Of a stretch of 64,000 bases of DNA, positions 38,840 to 47,889 are shown in pieces. Source of the DNA: a virus. Location: positions 1 to 64,000 of the IMG/VR virus record IMGVR_UViG_3300007735_000799. The stretch is one strand, 5' to 3'. Positions within the stretch are counted from its first letter, which is position 1; every line of letters starts with the position of its first letter. The notes under the pieces are model-generated. The model worked only from the letters and a program-made list of their open reading frames with translations, did not search any database and had not been told where the DNA came from. Both the position numbers and the translations under genes were made by a program.

Positions 38840-39774
38840 TATTTACCTCGTTGCTTTGGATACGGCTTTGGAGGATTTCTATCCTCAAACTCTCGCCGCA
38901 GTTTCTTGGTTTCTGCTTTAGTTCTGCCCAATACAAACGCATACTTGTGCTTGCTTGGCATTTGAATTTTAGTAGCCTGTTGCTGCTTTAGTTTAGACTG
39001 CTCACGCAACTGCTTCTCAACTTCCGCAGGCATGTTTTCCCACAACACCTTTTGGTCGTTGTTCCAATCCCGCTCCCACTTGATTCCCAACTCTTTGGCG
39101 TACTTCTTGTACGCACTACGCACACGAAAGAAACGGTCGCTTACAACTCTGCCTGTGTACGGATTGATGTATCGTGTTGTGGTTCCTGAATCTTGTCCCA
39201 AGTAATAGAAGTTACAAGCCTGATAGATGGTTCCCAACTCTTTAGCGGTTGGATCAGAGTACGCGGTAAACAAGCGGTACTGTGTGTTTTTCACCATCCA
39301 ACCAATAGACCACATAAGAAATGAACTTGCAAGATTCTTTGGACTCCACGACACGCAAGCCCCGCGACTAACCAAGCGTTCAATCTCTTTGGTGTTTTCG
39401 CCAAGAAGTTTAGAGAAAGCATTCGGCAGATTCATAAGAATTACCCCTGCCATGATATCTCGTCCAATCAATCCTTGTTCAGGATCGTGATAGTACGCAC
39501 CAAACCAATGTGTGGTGTACTGCGACAGATTACCTAGCCATTCGTGTCGCTTGATAAACTCGGTGGCTTCTCGCTTCTCGGCTTCGCTTGTAAGCGGCTT
39601 GAAAATGAAATCAGAAACTCGCAGTTCTCCTGCGCGTTCTTTAGACATAAGTGCTTCTTCCAAATCTTTTTCGTAATTGTTTAGCCGTATATCATACTGC
39701 CAACAATGTTCCTTATCGTAAGACTTGGAGCGTTCAACAATGTCTATATGTTCACTTTTGCTTTTAGAGTTCAC
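38839..39774 (-). CDS. Mom-like GNAT DNA-modification protein
   Basis: FIKRHEWLG, KNLASSF, AYSD....GTIYQACNFYYLG, KHKYAF..L, PYPK. Confidence 0.65.
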   Translation of the reverse strand: MNSKSKSEHIDIVERSKSYDKEHCWQYDIRLNNYEKDLEEALMSKERAGELRVSDFIFKPLTSEAEKREATEFIKRHEWLGNLSQYTTHWFGAYYHDPEQGLIGRDIMAGVILMNLPNAFSKLLGENTKEIERLVSRGACVSWSPKNLASSFLMWSIGWMVKNTQYRLFTAYSDPTAKELGTIYQACNFYYLGQDSGTTTRYINPYTGRVVSDRFFRVRSAYKKYAKELGIKWERDWNNDQKVLWENMPAEVEKQLREQSKLKQQQATKIQMPSKHKYAFVLGRTKAETKKLRREFEDRNPPKPYPKQRGK

Positions 39775-39858
39775 ACTTCACCTTAATAATTACCAACAAC
39801 ATTGCTGTTATTTACAACAGCACTACAGGATTCTACTTGGAGAATGGCATCAAGAAAC

Positions 39859-40344
39859 TTACGAGTTTCTTGTGGTATCTTTCCACGGAGAAGAGATGTA
39901 GTAAGTCTTGAGTGGTCTTGTTGGCTCTTCGTTTTTCTTGATTGGAGATTTACAGCATCCATTACCGTTGGTGCTAACAACATCAGAAGGATTGACACCA
40001 GGAACAAATAGAGGACCAGACTGCGTAGATGCTTTCTTGTCATGCAGATAAGCATACATCAAAACTGAGTAGTTGACAATATCAATTATGGTATCTTCGA
40101 AAGATTCATTTTCTACAGCCAATTTTCCAGATTCAACAAAAGATGAAAGACGACTCATCTTATCAGTCATGCGAACCAAGAATCCTTGCTCGGTGGTGCA
40201 AATGCCCATCGCTTCTACTCTTGTGAAATTTGCAAAAGGCTCTAACCCATCGTTGCCTGCGTAATCGGCATTCTTCTTACGCATCAGATTGCGACCCTTT
40301 TCACAAATCATTTCATGCATTTTTAATAAATCTTCGCGTGTCAT
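39859..40344 (-). CDS. DUF1599/Nmad1-like all-alpha nucleotide-modification-associated protein
   Basis: KKNADYA...ANF...VRMTDKMSRL...EDTIIDIVNYSVL; ORF track start 40407. Confidence 0.7.
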   Translation of the reverse strand: MTREDLLKMHEMICEKGRNLMRKKNADYAGNDGLEPFANFTRVEAMGICTTEQGFLVRMTDKMSRLSSFVESGKLAVENESFEDTIIDIVNYSVLMYAYLHDKKASTQSGPLFVPGVNPSDVVSTNGNGCCKSPIKKNEEPTRPLKTYYISSPWKDTTRNS

Positions 40345-40345
40345 T

Positions 40346-40882
40346 TTAAGAAACTCCAGTAGAGCCGAATCCACCTGCTCGGCTAGTCTTGGGCTGAACT
40401 CGCTCATCGGTGGGTTGGAGCGAGTATTTCAAAACAGGAATCATTTCCCCTTGACAAATTCGGTCGCCGTGGGTAATACGAACAGGAAGGTTAGACAAAT
40501 TTGTAACTGCAACCATTAATTGATCCGTATAATCCGAATCAATAACGCCTTCCGAATTGGCTAGAACTATTCCTCCCTTTACAGCCAATCCGCTGCGAGC
40601 GTGAAGGCGCACAGAATATCCCTCGGGAATGTCTAAAACAATTCCAGTAGGAATAAGAACACGAACTCCATCAGGAGGAATTATTAAAAATGGTGGGGCA
40701 TCTGAACGCTCAAATGCGGCTAGCAATCTATGATGAGAATTGTTCTTATCGTAAGCGTCTATAATTCTTGTTTTGTTGCCAAAATAGGCTTTAACATCAA
40801 AGCAAGCAGATTGCTCGGTTGCAAACGATAGGTCAAAAGAATCCAACCATAACTTGTTGTATTTTAGAGTCAAATTGTTCAT
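40346..40882 (-). CDS. dut: dUTPase (trimeric)
   Basis: ACFDV, IPTG, ARSGLA, GVIDSDY, GDRICQG, RAGGFGSTG. Confidence 0.95.
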   Translation of the reverse strand: MNNLTLKYNKLWLDSFDLSFATEQSACFDVKAYFGNKTRIIDAYDKNNSHHRLLAAFERSDAPPFLIIPPDGVRVLIPTGIVLDIPEGYSVRLHARSGLAVKGGIVLANSEGVIDSDYTDQLMVAVTNLSNLPVRITHGDRICQGEMIPVLKYSLQPTDERVQPKTSRAGGFGSTGVS

Positions 40883-40911
40883 AATATAAAAAGTACAAAA
40901 GTATTTATCCG

Positions 40912-41346
40912 TTACCCTTCGGAATCAGGATCATAAGTTTCATAATTTGTTCGTTTTCTTCCGATATTGTATTTTGGAATTAGTTCCCAAGACTTCTTCT
41001 CACCAAACGGCAATATTTTTAAATATGAGATTGGGACTATAGGATCTTTGCTCTTTGACGGATCACACAATTTTAGTAGACCCCATTCTGCTAGAAGATT
41101 GCATATAGTGTTTCTTCTAGCCTTATCCGCATCGGGAAAGTCTGTGGGCAATCCGTCCAACATGAATAGTTCTTTAAAATGAACGACATAATACTTACCC
41201 TTCTTATGCAGAATGTGGCAAGATTGGTACAGTTTTTTCTCGGTTTTTGAGGATATTCCAATCCTCGTTAAAGTTTCTTTTATTTTAAGAAAGTTTTCTG
41301 GATTGGGTAGTTCAACTTCAATAAAAGAATCAATCAAAATACTCAT
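40912..41346 (-). CDS. regA: Translational repressor RegA
   Basis: FLKIKETLTRIGI...LYQSCHILHKKG.YYVVHFKELF.LDG. Confidence 0.95.
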   Translation of the reverse strand: MSILIDSFIEVELPNPENFLKIKETLTRIGISSKTEKKLYQSCHILHKKGKYYVVHFKELFMLDGLPTDFPDADKARRNTICNLLAEWGLLKLCDPSKSKDPIVPISYLKILPFGEKKSWELIPKYNIGRKRTNYETYDPDSEG

Positions 41347-41383
41347 AACAATACTCCTTATTTACCAAAGTATTTAGATTTTT

Positions 41384-41767
41384 TTATTTATTGCTACCGC
41401 CAATATAAGTCATTTTTTTCAAATGAGTTATATCTTCTTCAGTCAATAGGGTTAGATACTCTTTAGCCCTAACTCTACTAACTTTATAATAATTCATAAC
41501 CATCTCTTCCGATTCGTTTTCCTCAATCTTGTGCCACTTAGAAAATCTGTGTTTCTTTTTGACGCAATTATAAAGATAATCGTATTGCATCTTTTTTGAT
41601 AGATGGTGAGACTGATTCATGGTGTTTGCACACAGCACCGTGTCTGCAAAATTAGAAAAAGAACGATTAACAATAAACGGATTATATTGCTTTTCCGTAT
41701 CTTCGTTACCGTCTATCAGATTACCAGTTTTATCGTTTATACTCTTTACAAAATCAAAAGGATTCAC
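41384..41767 (-). CDS. 62: Clamp loader small subunit (gp62)
   Basis: PFDFVKSIN, YNPFIVNRSFS, QYDYL, AKEYL. Confidence 0.9.
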   Translation of the reverse strand: MNPFDFVKSINDKTGNLIDGNEDTEKQYNPFIVNRSFSNFADTVLCANTMNQSHHLSKKMQYDYLYNCVKKKHRFSKWHKIEENESEEMVMNYYKVSRVRAKEYLTLLTEEDITHLKKMTYIGGSNK

Positions 41768-42504
41768 TTTATACTCTCTATCATGCCTATCATATTATCT
41801 TCACAGTTTAATTTTATAATCAATCTTATTGGAATGTAAATCCAATCATTTTTCTTAATATCGTAGTATGAACGAAGTAAAAAAGAATCATATGCATTTA
41901 TTCCATGATAACGATCTATTAAAGGAGCCTCAACATGATCTTTGGTTACGGATGGAATTTTGTGTTTAATTTTTGCAGAAATCTTTTTACCATTCAAATC
42001 TTCGTACACAATATCAATATGGCTTGGTGATATTTTATTCAATGCTTTATCAATAAAATCACCCAAAACAACATCTGCTGCTCCGCTTAAATCAAAAATG
42101 TTTTGTACACCACTTTTAGTTTTTCCCCCGACAGCAACCTTTGAAGCAAAATAACTCTTTCTATCCTTAAGAAAGGCTTCTCTTAGTCCATTACACTCTT
42201 CAAGATATTCTTCATAATTGTATTTTTCGGTTATTGTTTCTGTTGAAGACGCTACCTTTTCTATGTCGTCATCAGAAAGTTTTGAAGAAAGATTTATAAG
42301 TTTTTGAAATGGATTGCTAGTATCGTTTTGATTCAGTTCTTGTATGATATTAAAACTAGAGTTTCCTACAGCGGTTTTATATTCCTCAATGAAATCAGAA
42401 ATTTTATATTTCTTATTCATTTCGTGGAGTGCTATACTCAAATCGTTTAAACTTTTGATCTTGTGATTCATATCATTATTTATCAAAAGAGCAATCCGAG
42501 GCAA
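41764..42504 (-). CDS. Hypothetical protein inserted between gp44 and gp62
   Basis: 246-aa AT-rich ORF. Confidence 0.55.
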   Translation of the reverse strand: MPRIALLINNDMNHKIKSLNDLSIALHEMNKKYKISDFIEEYKTAVGNSSFNIIQELNQNDTSNPFQKLINLSSKLSDDDIEKVASSTETITEKYNYEEYLEECNGLREAFLKDRKSYFASKVAVGGKTKSGVQNIFDLSGAADVVLGDFIDKALNKISPSHIDIVYEDLNGKKISAKIKHKIPSVTKDHVEAPLIDRYHGINAYDSFLLRSYYDIKKNDWIYIPIRLIIKLNCEDNMIGMIESIK

Positions 42505-43408
42505 GCATCAAACAGCAAGCAACAAGGTTTAATTCTTGGTCAGCAACAAATGCCGCCTTGTATTGATACTCACTCAAGATGAGAATCGCTTGTGGGATAG
42601 AGCCAGGATTAACCTTGTCTTGCAGCCCATCATAGATTCTCCTAAATACAGAAGCGGGTTCTGCATCCGAATGTTCAGCAACCCACTTACGAATGTCAGC
42701 AAATGACTTCGCTTTCATCGCCTTTACAAGTTGGTCAATATCGACATCCTTGCCTGTGGCAAGAATGCTAGAATTAATCGCTCCTGTTACAGAGTGACGC
42801 TGTATGGTGTTGATGATTCTACGGAAATCAGGGAAGTAGCGAATGATGAGTTCAGCAACTGCTTTATCTTCATACTGAATCCCCTCAGCATCCATGATGT
42901 GCTTGGCTCGTTCAAGAAACTCGCCAGCCAACTTAGGCTTTTCCTTCACAGGAATCTTAAAGTCCACCACGGTGCAACGAGAGTGCAGCGGCTCAATAAT
43001 TCTAGCCTTGTAGTTGCAGGTCATAATAAATCTGCAATTACCTGCAAACTCTTCAATTGCACCACGCAGAGCAGGCTGAGTGGACTGTGGATTCAGATAG
43101 TCAGCCTCGTCAAGAATGATGACTTTCTTGCCGCCACTAAGTGAAACCGTTGAAGCAAAGTTCCGAACCTTGGTGCGTAGTGTATCAATACCGCCTTCTT
43201 CGCTAGCATTGATAAACATATAGTCCGCACCAAGTTCAGAACACATCGCTCGTGCAACCGTGGTTTTACCACAGCCTGCACCACCTGACAAAATCATGTT
43301 AGGGATTTCGCCAGTTTGAACGATGCCCTCAAAGGTAGACTTAATCGCCTTGGGCAAAACACAATCCGCAATCTTTTGCGGACGATACTTTTCAACCAAC
43401 GGCAACAT
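42476..43408 (-). CDS. 44: Clamp loader large subunit (gp44)
   Basis: LVEKYRP, GGAGCGKTT, INASEE, ILDEADYL, LHSRC; ORF track start 43450. Confidence 0.95.
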   Translation of the reverse strand: MLPLVEKYRPQKIADCVLPKAIKSTFEGIVQTGEIPNMILSGGAGCGKTTVARAMCSELGADYMFINASEEGGIDTLRTKVRNFASTVSLSGGKKVIILDEADYLNPQSTQPALRGAIEEFAGNCRFIMTCNYKARIIEPLHSRCTVVDFKIPVKEKPKLAGEFLERAKHIMDAEGIQYEDKAVAELIIRYFPDFRRIINTIQRHSVTGAINSSILATGKDVDIDQLVKAMKAKSFADIRKWVAEHSDAEPASVFRRIYDGLQDKVNPGSIPQAILILSEYQYKAAFVADQELNLVACCLMLASDCSFDK

Positions 43409-44117
43409 TGGACTTCTTCTTACTCTTTGTGAACTTGCTATCAGTCTCAAGAGAAATCCAATAAGTCATAGTACCATTCTTGTTTCTAAACTCCGATACC
43501 TTCTTATCAGAAACCTTGACTGTGTATGTTCCAGGAACCATTTTGAGATTTTCTGCCTTAAACATAAACTCAAATGAATCTGCACCATCATATTCACCAA
43601 CATCAATTGAATAGGTGTGTCCTGTGCTATCCTTACGATCAAACACATTCATTGTTAGGCGATTATTGTTATTGCGAAGAGCAAGATCAGGAGCAGCAAG
43701 CACAGCCGCAGCCTTCTGCAACTCTGTAAAATCCTTGGCATCAAGAGTAAAATCAACAACAGATTCTGGCATGGTGAAACTCTTTCCTCCACGAATGATT
43801 TCAAGAATCTGTCCGTCTAGCATTTCTGAGTTTGAATAATAATACCGAACCTTTGCTCGGCTACCATCAGAACTAATAATAACATAATTGTCTTCAAACT
43901 GAAAATGCGGATCCTTGAACATGCTCACCGTTGCCAGGAACTTGCTCAAATCCCATATACAAAACTCAATTGGAAAATCTTCGGCAACTTCAGCCTCAAC
44001 CATAATATTCTTGGTTGGGCTAATAGTCTTGATTGTGCTCCCCGACAGAACAATCAGGTTGCTGTTAATGGTACTGAAGTTCTTCAGAACTGTCAAAGTG
44101 TCTTGTGAAATCTTCAT
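43392..44117 (-). CDS. 45: Sliding clamp (gp45)
   Basis: MKISQDTLTVLKNFSTINSN, FCIWDLSKFL, YWISLE. Confidence 0.93.
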   Translation of the reverse strand: MKISQDTLTVLKNFSTINSNLIVLSGSTIKTISPTKNIMVEAEVAEDFPIEFCIWDLSKFLATVSMFKDPHFQFEDNYVIISSDGSRAKVRYYYSNSEMLDGQILEIIRGGKSFTMPESVVDFTLDAKDFTELQKAAAVLAAPDLALRNNNNRLTMNVFDRKDSTGHTYSIDVGEYDGADSFEFMFKAENLKMVPGTYTVKVSDKKVSEFRNKNGTMTYWISLETDSKFTKSKKKSNVAVG

Positions 44118-44143
44118 AATATATCTCCTTCAAAGATTGTGGT

Positions 44144-44171
44144 ATCATACCACGAAACATAGTAAAGTCAA
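44144..44171 (-). promoter_or_regulatory. Sigma70-like promoter for gp45-44-62-regA
   Basis: TTGACT-N16-TATGAT. Confidence 0.65.
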
Positions 44172-45034
44172 GCACTAGGAGGAAGTAATTCGGAATGATT
44201 GTGTCTCACAAGAGTCTCTAGTAAAAATGCTGTTGGTACACAATAGATTTGCATGTTTCTGCAATTTAAAATTACCACCACACCAATACACTCTCCTGTA
44301 TCTGCACGATACATTCCACCGCCTGAGGAGCCGGGTGCACCATCAGCATCTGTCTGATAGAAGAATGGCAGATGACTTGACAGCGAACTCCGACTCCTGT
44401 TGTTGTTTCCGATTATGCCCCGAGTAATAGTCATGGTATCCATTGAAGGATTTCCCATCAGATAAACAGGTGTTCCAAGTTTCGGGGTGTTGTAATTGAA
44501 TATACATCCTTTCACTAATGGTGTCAAGGGTTTTGTATTTTCAACTTCTAGAATTGCTAAATCGTATTCAGGGTCAACGAATGCCAATTTGCACTTTTCA
44601 GTTGTAATGGGAGACTCTAATTCTCCATCAAAGAGTGTAACCGCAATCTCTTTTGTTCCCCAAGTTTTATCCACAGGTTTTGTAGGTTCAATTGGGCATA
44701 AAGAGTCTTGAGCATTAGGAATAAAATCTATCTCTACAAAGTTGCGTGGTGTAAACCACGGCTTATGCTCTTTGATTGTGTTTTCGTCTTCAACCACATG
44801 TGCTGCTGTTAGCACATACAACTTACCGTTCTTGCGATATGCAATGCCAGAACCAAGAGGTGTGCCGTCGTAGTGTACGACAGCATTTGCACCAACGACC
44901 CCTTCAACCACCTGTTGGTTGTAACCGTTGCAATCGCAATTTGCTGATGACTGACAGGAAACTGTTCCTGCGGTAAGCACGCCTGCGAGCGTGAGTAGCA
45001 CGCCCGCCATGACCAAATTACTCGGTCTACGCAT
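44168..45034 (-). CDS. Trypsin-like serine protease with N-terminal signal/anchor
   Basis: LTAAHVV (His), DLAIL (Asp), GSSGGG (Ser); hydrophobic N-terminus; GGAG RBS before ATG 45034. Confidence 0.85.
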   Translation of the reverse strand: MRRPSNLVMAGVLLTLAGVLTAGTVSCQSSANCDCNGYNQQVVEGVVGANAVVHYDGTPLGSGIAYRKNGKLYVLTAAHVVEDENTIKEHKPWFTPRNFVEIDFIPNAQDSLCPIEPTKPVDKTWGTKEIAVTLFDGELESPITTEKCKLAFVDPEYDLAILEVENTKPLTPLVKGCIFNYNTPKLGTPVYLMGNPSMDTMTITRGIIGNNNRSRSSLSSHLPFFYQTDADGAPGSSGGGMYRADTGECIGVVVILNCRNMQIYCVPTAFLLETLVRHNHSELLPPSA

Positions 45035-45104
45035 ACGCGGCTCCAATCTGTCCTTGTAGGACGGACAGTTTTACCCAAATCTATCCTTCTGAGAAGGACA
45101 GATA

Positions 45105-45112
45105 TATTTATA
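45105..45112 (-). promoter_or_regulatory. T4-type late promoter for the protease
   Basis: Exact TATAAATA. Confidence 0.65.
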
Positions 45113-45115
45113 AAA

Positions 45116-45745
45116 TCAATGCTTTTGATTTTTTAAATCGTAGTAGTAACTGTCATCATCGCAGTCAATAACCCAACGGTCGCTGCTTCCCTCGCATCGG
45201 AAAATCTTGTCATCAACCTTGTAGTCAGGCTTCTCGGGGAACGGCTTGGTTACAAACGACATGTGCTTCCAATAGATTCTATTGTTTGGCTGTAGAGCAA
45301 AACACCCGTTATCCAAACGAATCATATGCAAGCACTTGTATTGCGTTGGCTCATCGCTGTATGCGTTGTTATACCAATCAAAAGTCATCATGTAATCCCC
45401 CCAATAGCCTTTACCGTCTTTCAAGATAACCTTGCAACGAGATCCACGAAGAGTTTCGTATGTGGTTACAGTTGAATTGACGGAGAAGCAATCCCACAAC
45501 TGAAGATGGTCTAGTGGGATCTCGGGCGCGTCTTCACGGTGGCAAAGCATGTGAACAGGAACGCGACTGCGAACCAATCCGTTATCGGTTAACACATGAA
45601 ACAGAATTGCTCGCTCAGGATTGGATTGAGCACCAAACACCATAACTTTATCAAACTCGCCTTTGTGAGTTTTATGCTGGTACATATGCTCGCGGCGAAG
45701 CAAGCAAAAAAAGTTTGGTATGTTTAGGTTTAGCATTAAAGCCAT
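45116..45745 (-). CDS. Conserved phage hypothetical protein
   Basis: LNLNIP...QLWDCFS...HKCLH-type motif...GCFALQPNNRI. Confidence 0.65.
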   Translation of the reverse strand: MALMLNLNIPNFFCLLRREHMYQHKTHKGEFDKVMVFGAQSNPERAILFHVLTDNGLVRSRVPVHMLCHREDAPEIPLDHLQLWDCFSVNSTVTTYETLRGSRCKVILKDGKGYWGDYMMTFDWYNNAYSDEPTQYKCLHMIRLDNGCFALQPNNRIYWKHMSFVTKPFPEKPDYKVDDKIFRCEGSSDRWVIDCDDDSYYYDLKNQKH

Positions 45746-45811
45746 CTGTGGGATTCGAACCCACGACCTCCAGATTACAAATCAGGTGCACTACCACTGT
45801 GCTAAGATGGC
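45740..45811 (-). tRNA. tRNA-Thr(UGU)
   Basis: Cloverleaf; CCTGA-TTTGTAA-TCTGG. Confidence 0.9.
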
Positions 45812-45816
45812 GAAAG

Positions 45817-45889
45817 TAGTCCCTATAGGATTCGAACCTACAACTTCTTCCGTGTAAAGGAAGCACTCTAGCCGTTGAGTTAAGGGACT
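45817..45889 (-). tRNA. tRNA-Val(UAC)
   Basis: CTTCC-TTTACAC-GGAAG. Confidence 0.92.
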
Positions 45890-45894
45890 ATTAG

Positions 45895-45976
45895 TGTCGG
45901 TGGAGGGAGTCGAACCCACACGCCTTGCGGCAAAAGAACCTAAATCTTTCGTGTATGCCAATTTCACCACACCGAC
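45895..45976 (-). tRNA. tRNA-Leu(UAG)
   Basis: AAAGA-TTTAGGT-TCTTT; long variable arm. Confidence 0.92.
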
Positions 45977-45982
45977 TATTTG

Positions 45983-46585
45983 TTACTTCTTGACCTTGGT
46001 TTTCTTTGCCTTCTTTGCTAAAGACTTCTTAACCTTGGCAACCATTTCCTTTAGTTCCGGCGGAGACATGGCATTAGTTTCCAAGAGAGCGGCTACACGA
46101 GCATCTTCCTCTTTCTCTGCCTGTGTCTCTAGGGTCTTTTCTTCGCCATCAAGTTCCTTGCAGTATTCCACAAGTGCGGCTTGACACGCTGCTTCGCTAA
46201 CAAAAGGCCCATGAAACTTTGCCCATGTTTCATCCCAAAAAATCCAACCGCCGTGCTTGGGAGAATACTCTACAGGATCGTGGCGACCAATAGCAATAAA
46301 GTTTTTCTCGGCTGCTTTAGGCTTGCCCCATTCGCACATCACCTTCTCGTTGTTCTTTATCCACATCTCAACATCAAAGTCAAACGGATAGTGCTTCAGC
46401 AAATCACGAGCAGTCTTGCGAATTGCGTCCTTGCCCATCTTGGTGTTGCTCATAAGTTCCTTCAGAAACTCTGAAGTCTTCACAACAGCCCGATAAGATT
46501 CATATGGTAGCGTCATTGTATAGTTTCTCCTTCCTACGAGACTGTCGCTCGTAGGCTTTGAATAGTCCTTCACTAAATCCTGCAT
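45983..46585 (-). CDS. Hypothetical protein
   Basis: 200-aa ORF; true start may be at MTLPYE. Confidence 0.55.
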   Translation of the reverse strand: MQDLVKDYSKPTSDSLVGRRNYTMTLPYESYRAVVKTSEFLKELMSNTKMGKDAIRKTARDLLKHYPFDFDVEMWIKNNEKVMCEWGKPKAAEKNFIAIGRHDPVEYSPKHGGWIFWDETWAKFHGPFVSEAACQAALVEYCKELDGEEKTLETQAEKEEDARVAALLETNAMSPPELKEMVAKVKKSLAKKAKKTKVKK

Positions 46586-46697
46586 GCTTGCCGTGACCGT
46601 ATCCTTGAGAATACGCCCAAGTATATAACTTTATTTGTGAAGCGGCGAGAGCAGAAATTCCCGAAATGATGAAAAAGATTGTTGCTATGGTTTCCAT
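46500..46697 (-). CDS. Small membrane protein (65 aa)
   Basis: METIATIFFIISGISALAA; the upstream part of the track ORF overlaps tRNAs. Confidence 0.5.
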   Translation of the reverse strand: METIATIFFIISGISALAASQIKLYTWAYSQGYGHGKHAGFSEGLFKAYERQSRRKEKLYNDATI

Positions 46698-46733
46698 ATC
46701 AGTAATTAGTTTAAAACACAATCTGAACAAAAG

Positions 46734-46819
46734 TGCGAGAGGTGGGATTCGAACCCACACGCCTTTAGAGGGCAGCGGATTTTGAATCCGCCGTGTATGC
46801 CAATTCCAGCCACTCTCGC
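46734..46819 (-). tRNA. tRNA-Leu(CAA)
   Basis: GCGGA-TTCAAAA-TCCGC; long variable arm. Confidence 0.92.
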
Positions 46820-46825
46820 AAACAG

Positions 46826-46898
46826 TAGGATCGGTGGGATTCGAACCCACACTTTACGGATTTTAAATCCGTTGACTCTGCCGTTGGTCTACGATCCC
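46826..46898 (-). tRNA. tRNA with UAA anticodon (Leu), short variable loop
   Basis: ACGGA-TTTAAAA-TCCGT; variable loop AAAGT only; 73 nt. Confidence 0.8.
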
Positions 46899-46899
46899 A

Positions 46900-47805
46900 T
46901 TACTTTCGGACATTCGGATATTTTGTTAAAAAGTCCTCAATAGTTTTCTTTAGACCAGTCTTCAAGTCAGTAAATTTAAAATCAGGGAAGTAAGTAGTGA
47001 ACAAGGTATTGTTTGTTGGCTTTCTTATTATACCTTCAGGCTTGGTTTTGTCAAACACTAATTCGCCAGAAAAGCCAAGTTCAGAAATTATAATTTCAAC
47101 CGCTTCACGAATGCTCCACTCTTTACCTGGAGAAACAATCATCATATCAGGAGTTGAGCGTTCATCAACATGAATCATTTGTAAAATTCTACCAAGGTCT
47201 TGGGAAAATACAAATTCACGAAGAGCCTTGCCTTCACCCCAAACGGTAAAAGGTTGATTATTAATCTTTGAAAGATAGCAACGATGAATAAGACTTGGAA
47301 GAACATGACCGTTTTCCATATCGTAATTATCATTTACTCCGTAAAGATTGCAGGGAATAATACACTTTGCATTAACCATGTATTGTTCTCGCAAACTTCT
47401 TGCTCCCACTTCTAAAATTCGCTTTGCGTAAGCGTATCCGTAATTTGTGGGATGTGGTTCGCCGTTGTGAATCTGATCTTCGGTTAGTGGATAATGAGCA
47501 AACTCAGGAAAGATACAAGTAGACAACAAAAAGGTTGCTCGGTTAACTTCTCTACAAGCCTTGATGATGTTTGCATTGATAGTTAGATTCTCAACAAGAA
47601 AATCGTTGATGAACTGCTTGTTGGATTTAACTCCACCAACTTTTCCTGCACAATGAACAACATCTGTAATCTTGTGGTCACGAATGTAACTAATCAGTTG
47701 TTCATAGTTGGTTAGATTAACTTCTTTGCGAGTCGGCTTAAGACCAAAAGGAACTGAGGTTCCTACAAGTCCTGCTCCACCTGTGATTAGATAACGCTTT
47801 TCCAT
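46900..47805 (-). CDS. fcl: GDP-L-fucose synthase / ColC-like epimerase-reductase
   Basis: ITGGAGLVG, AGKVGG, LSTCIFP, YGYAYAKR, PCNLYG, HVLPSLI, REF. Confidence 0.92.
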   Translation of the reverse strand: MEKRYLITGGAGLVGTSVPFGLKPTRKEVNLTNYEQLISYIRDHKITDVVHCAGKVGGVKSNKQFINDFLVENLTINANIIKACREVNRATFLLSTCIFPEFAHYPLTEDQIHNGEPHPTNYGYAYAKRILEVGARSLREQYMVNAKCIIPCNLYGVNDNYDMENGHVLPSLIHRCYLSKINNQPFTVWGEGKALREFVFSQDLGRILQMIHVDERSTPDMMIVSPGKEWSIREAVEIIISELGFSGELVFDKTKPEGIIRKPTNNTLFTTYFPDFKFTDLKTGLKKTIEDFLTKYPNVRK

Positions 47806-47812
47806 ATTTAAA

Positions 47813-47884
47813 CTGGCTCGGCTGGATTCGAACCAGCAACCTATCCGTTAACAGCGGATCGCACTACCGTTGTGCTACGAGCCA
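47813..47884 (-). tRNA. tRNA-Asn(GUU)
   Basis: ATCCG-CTGTTAA-CGGAT; G73. Confidence 0.92.
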
Positions 47885-47889
47885 CCTTT

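Noticed and set aside
39783-40055. 90-aa ORF overlapping the DUF1599-like gene
   Set aside because: Mostly an alternate frame inside a better-supported gene; no independent support
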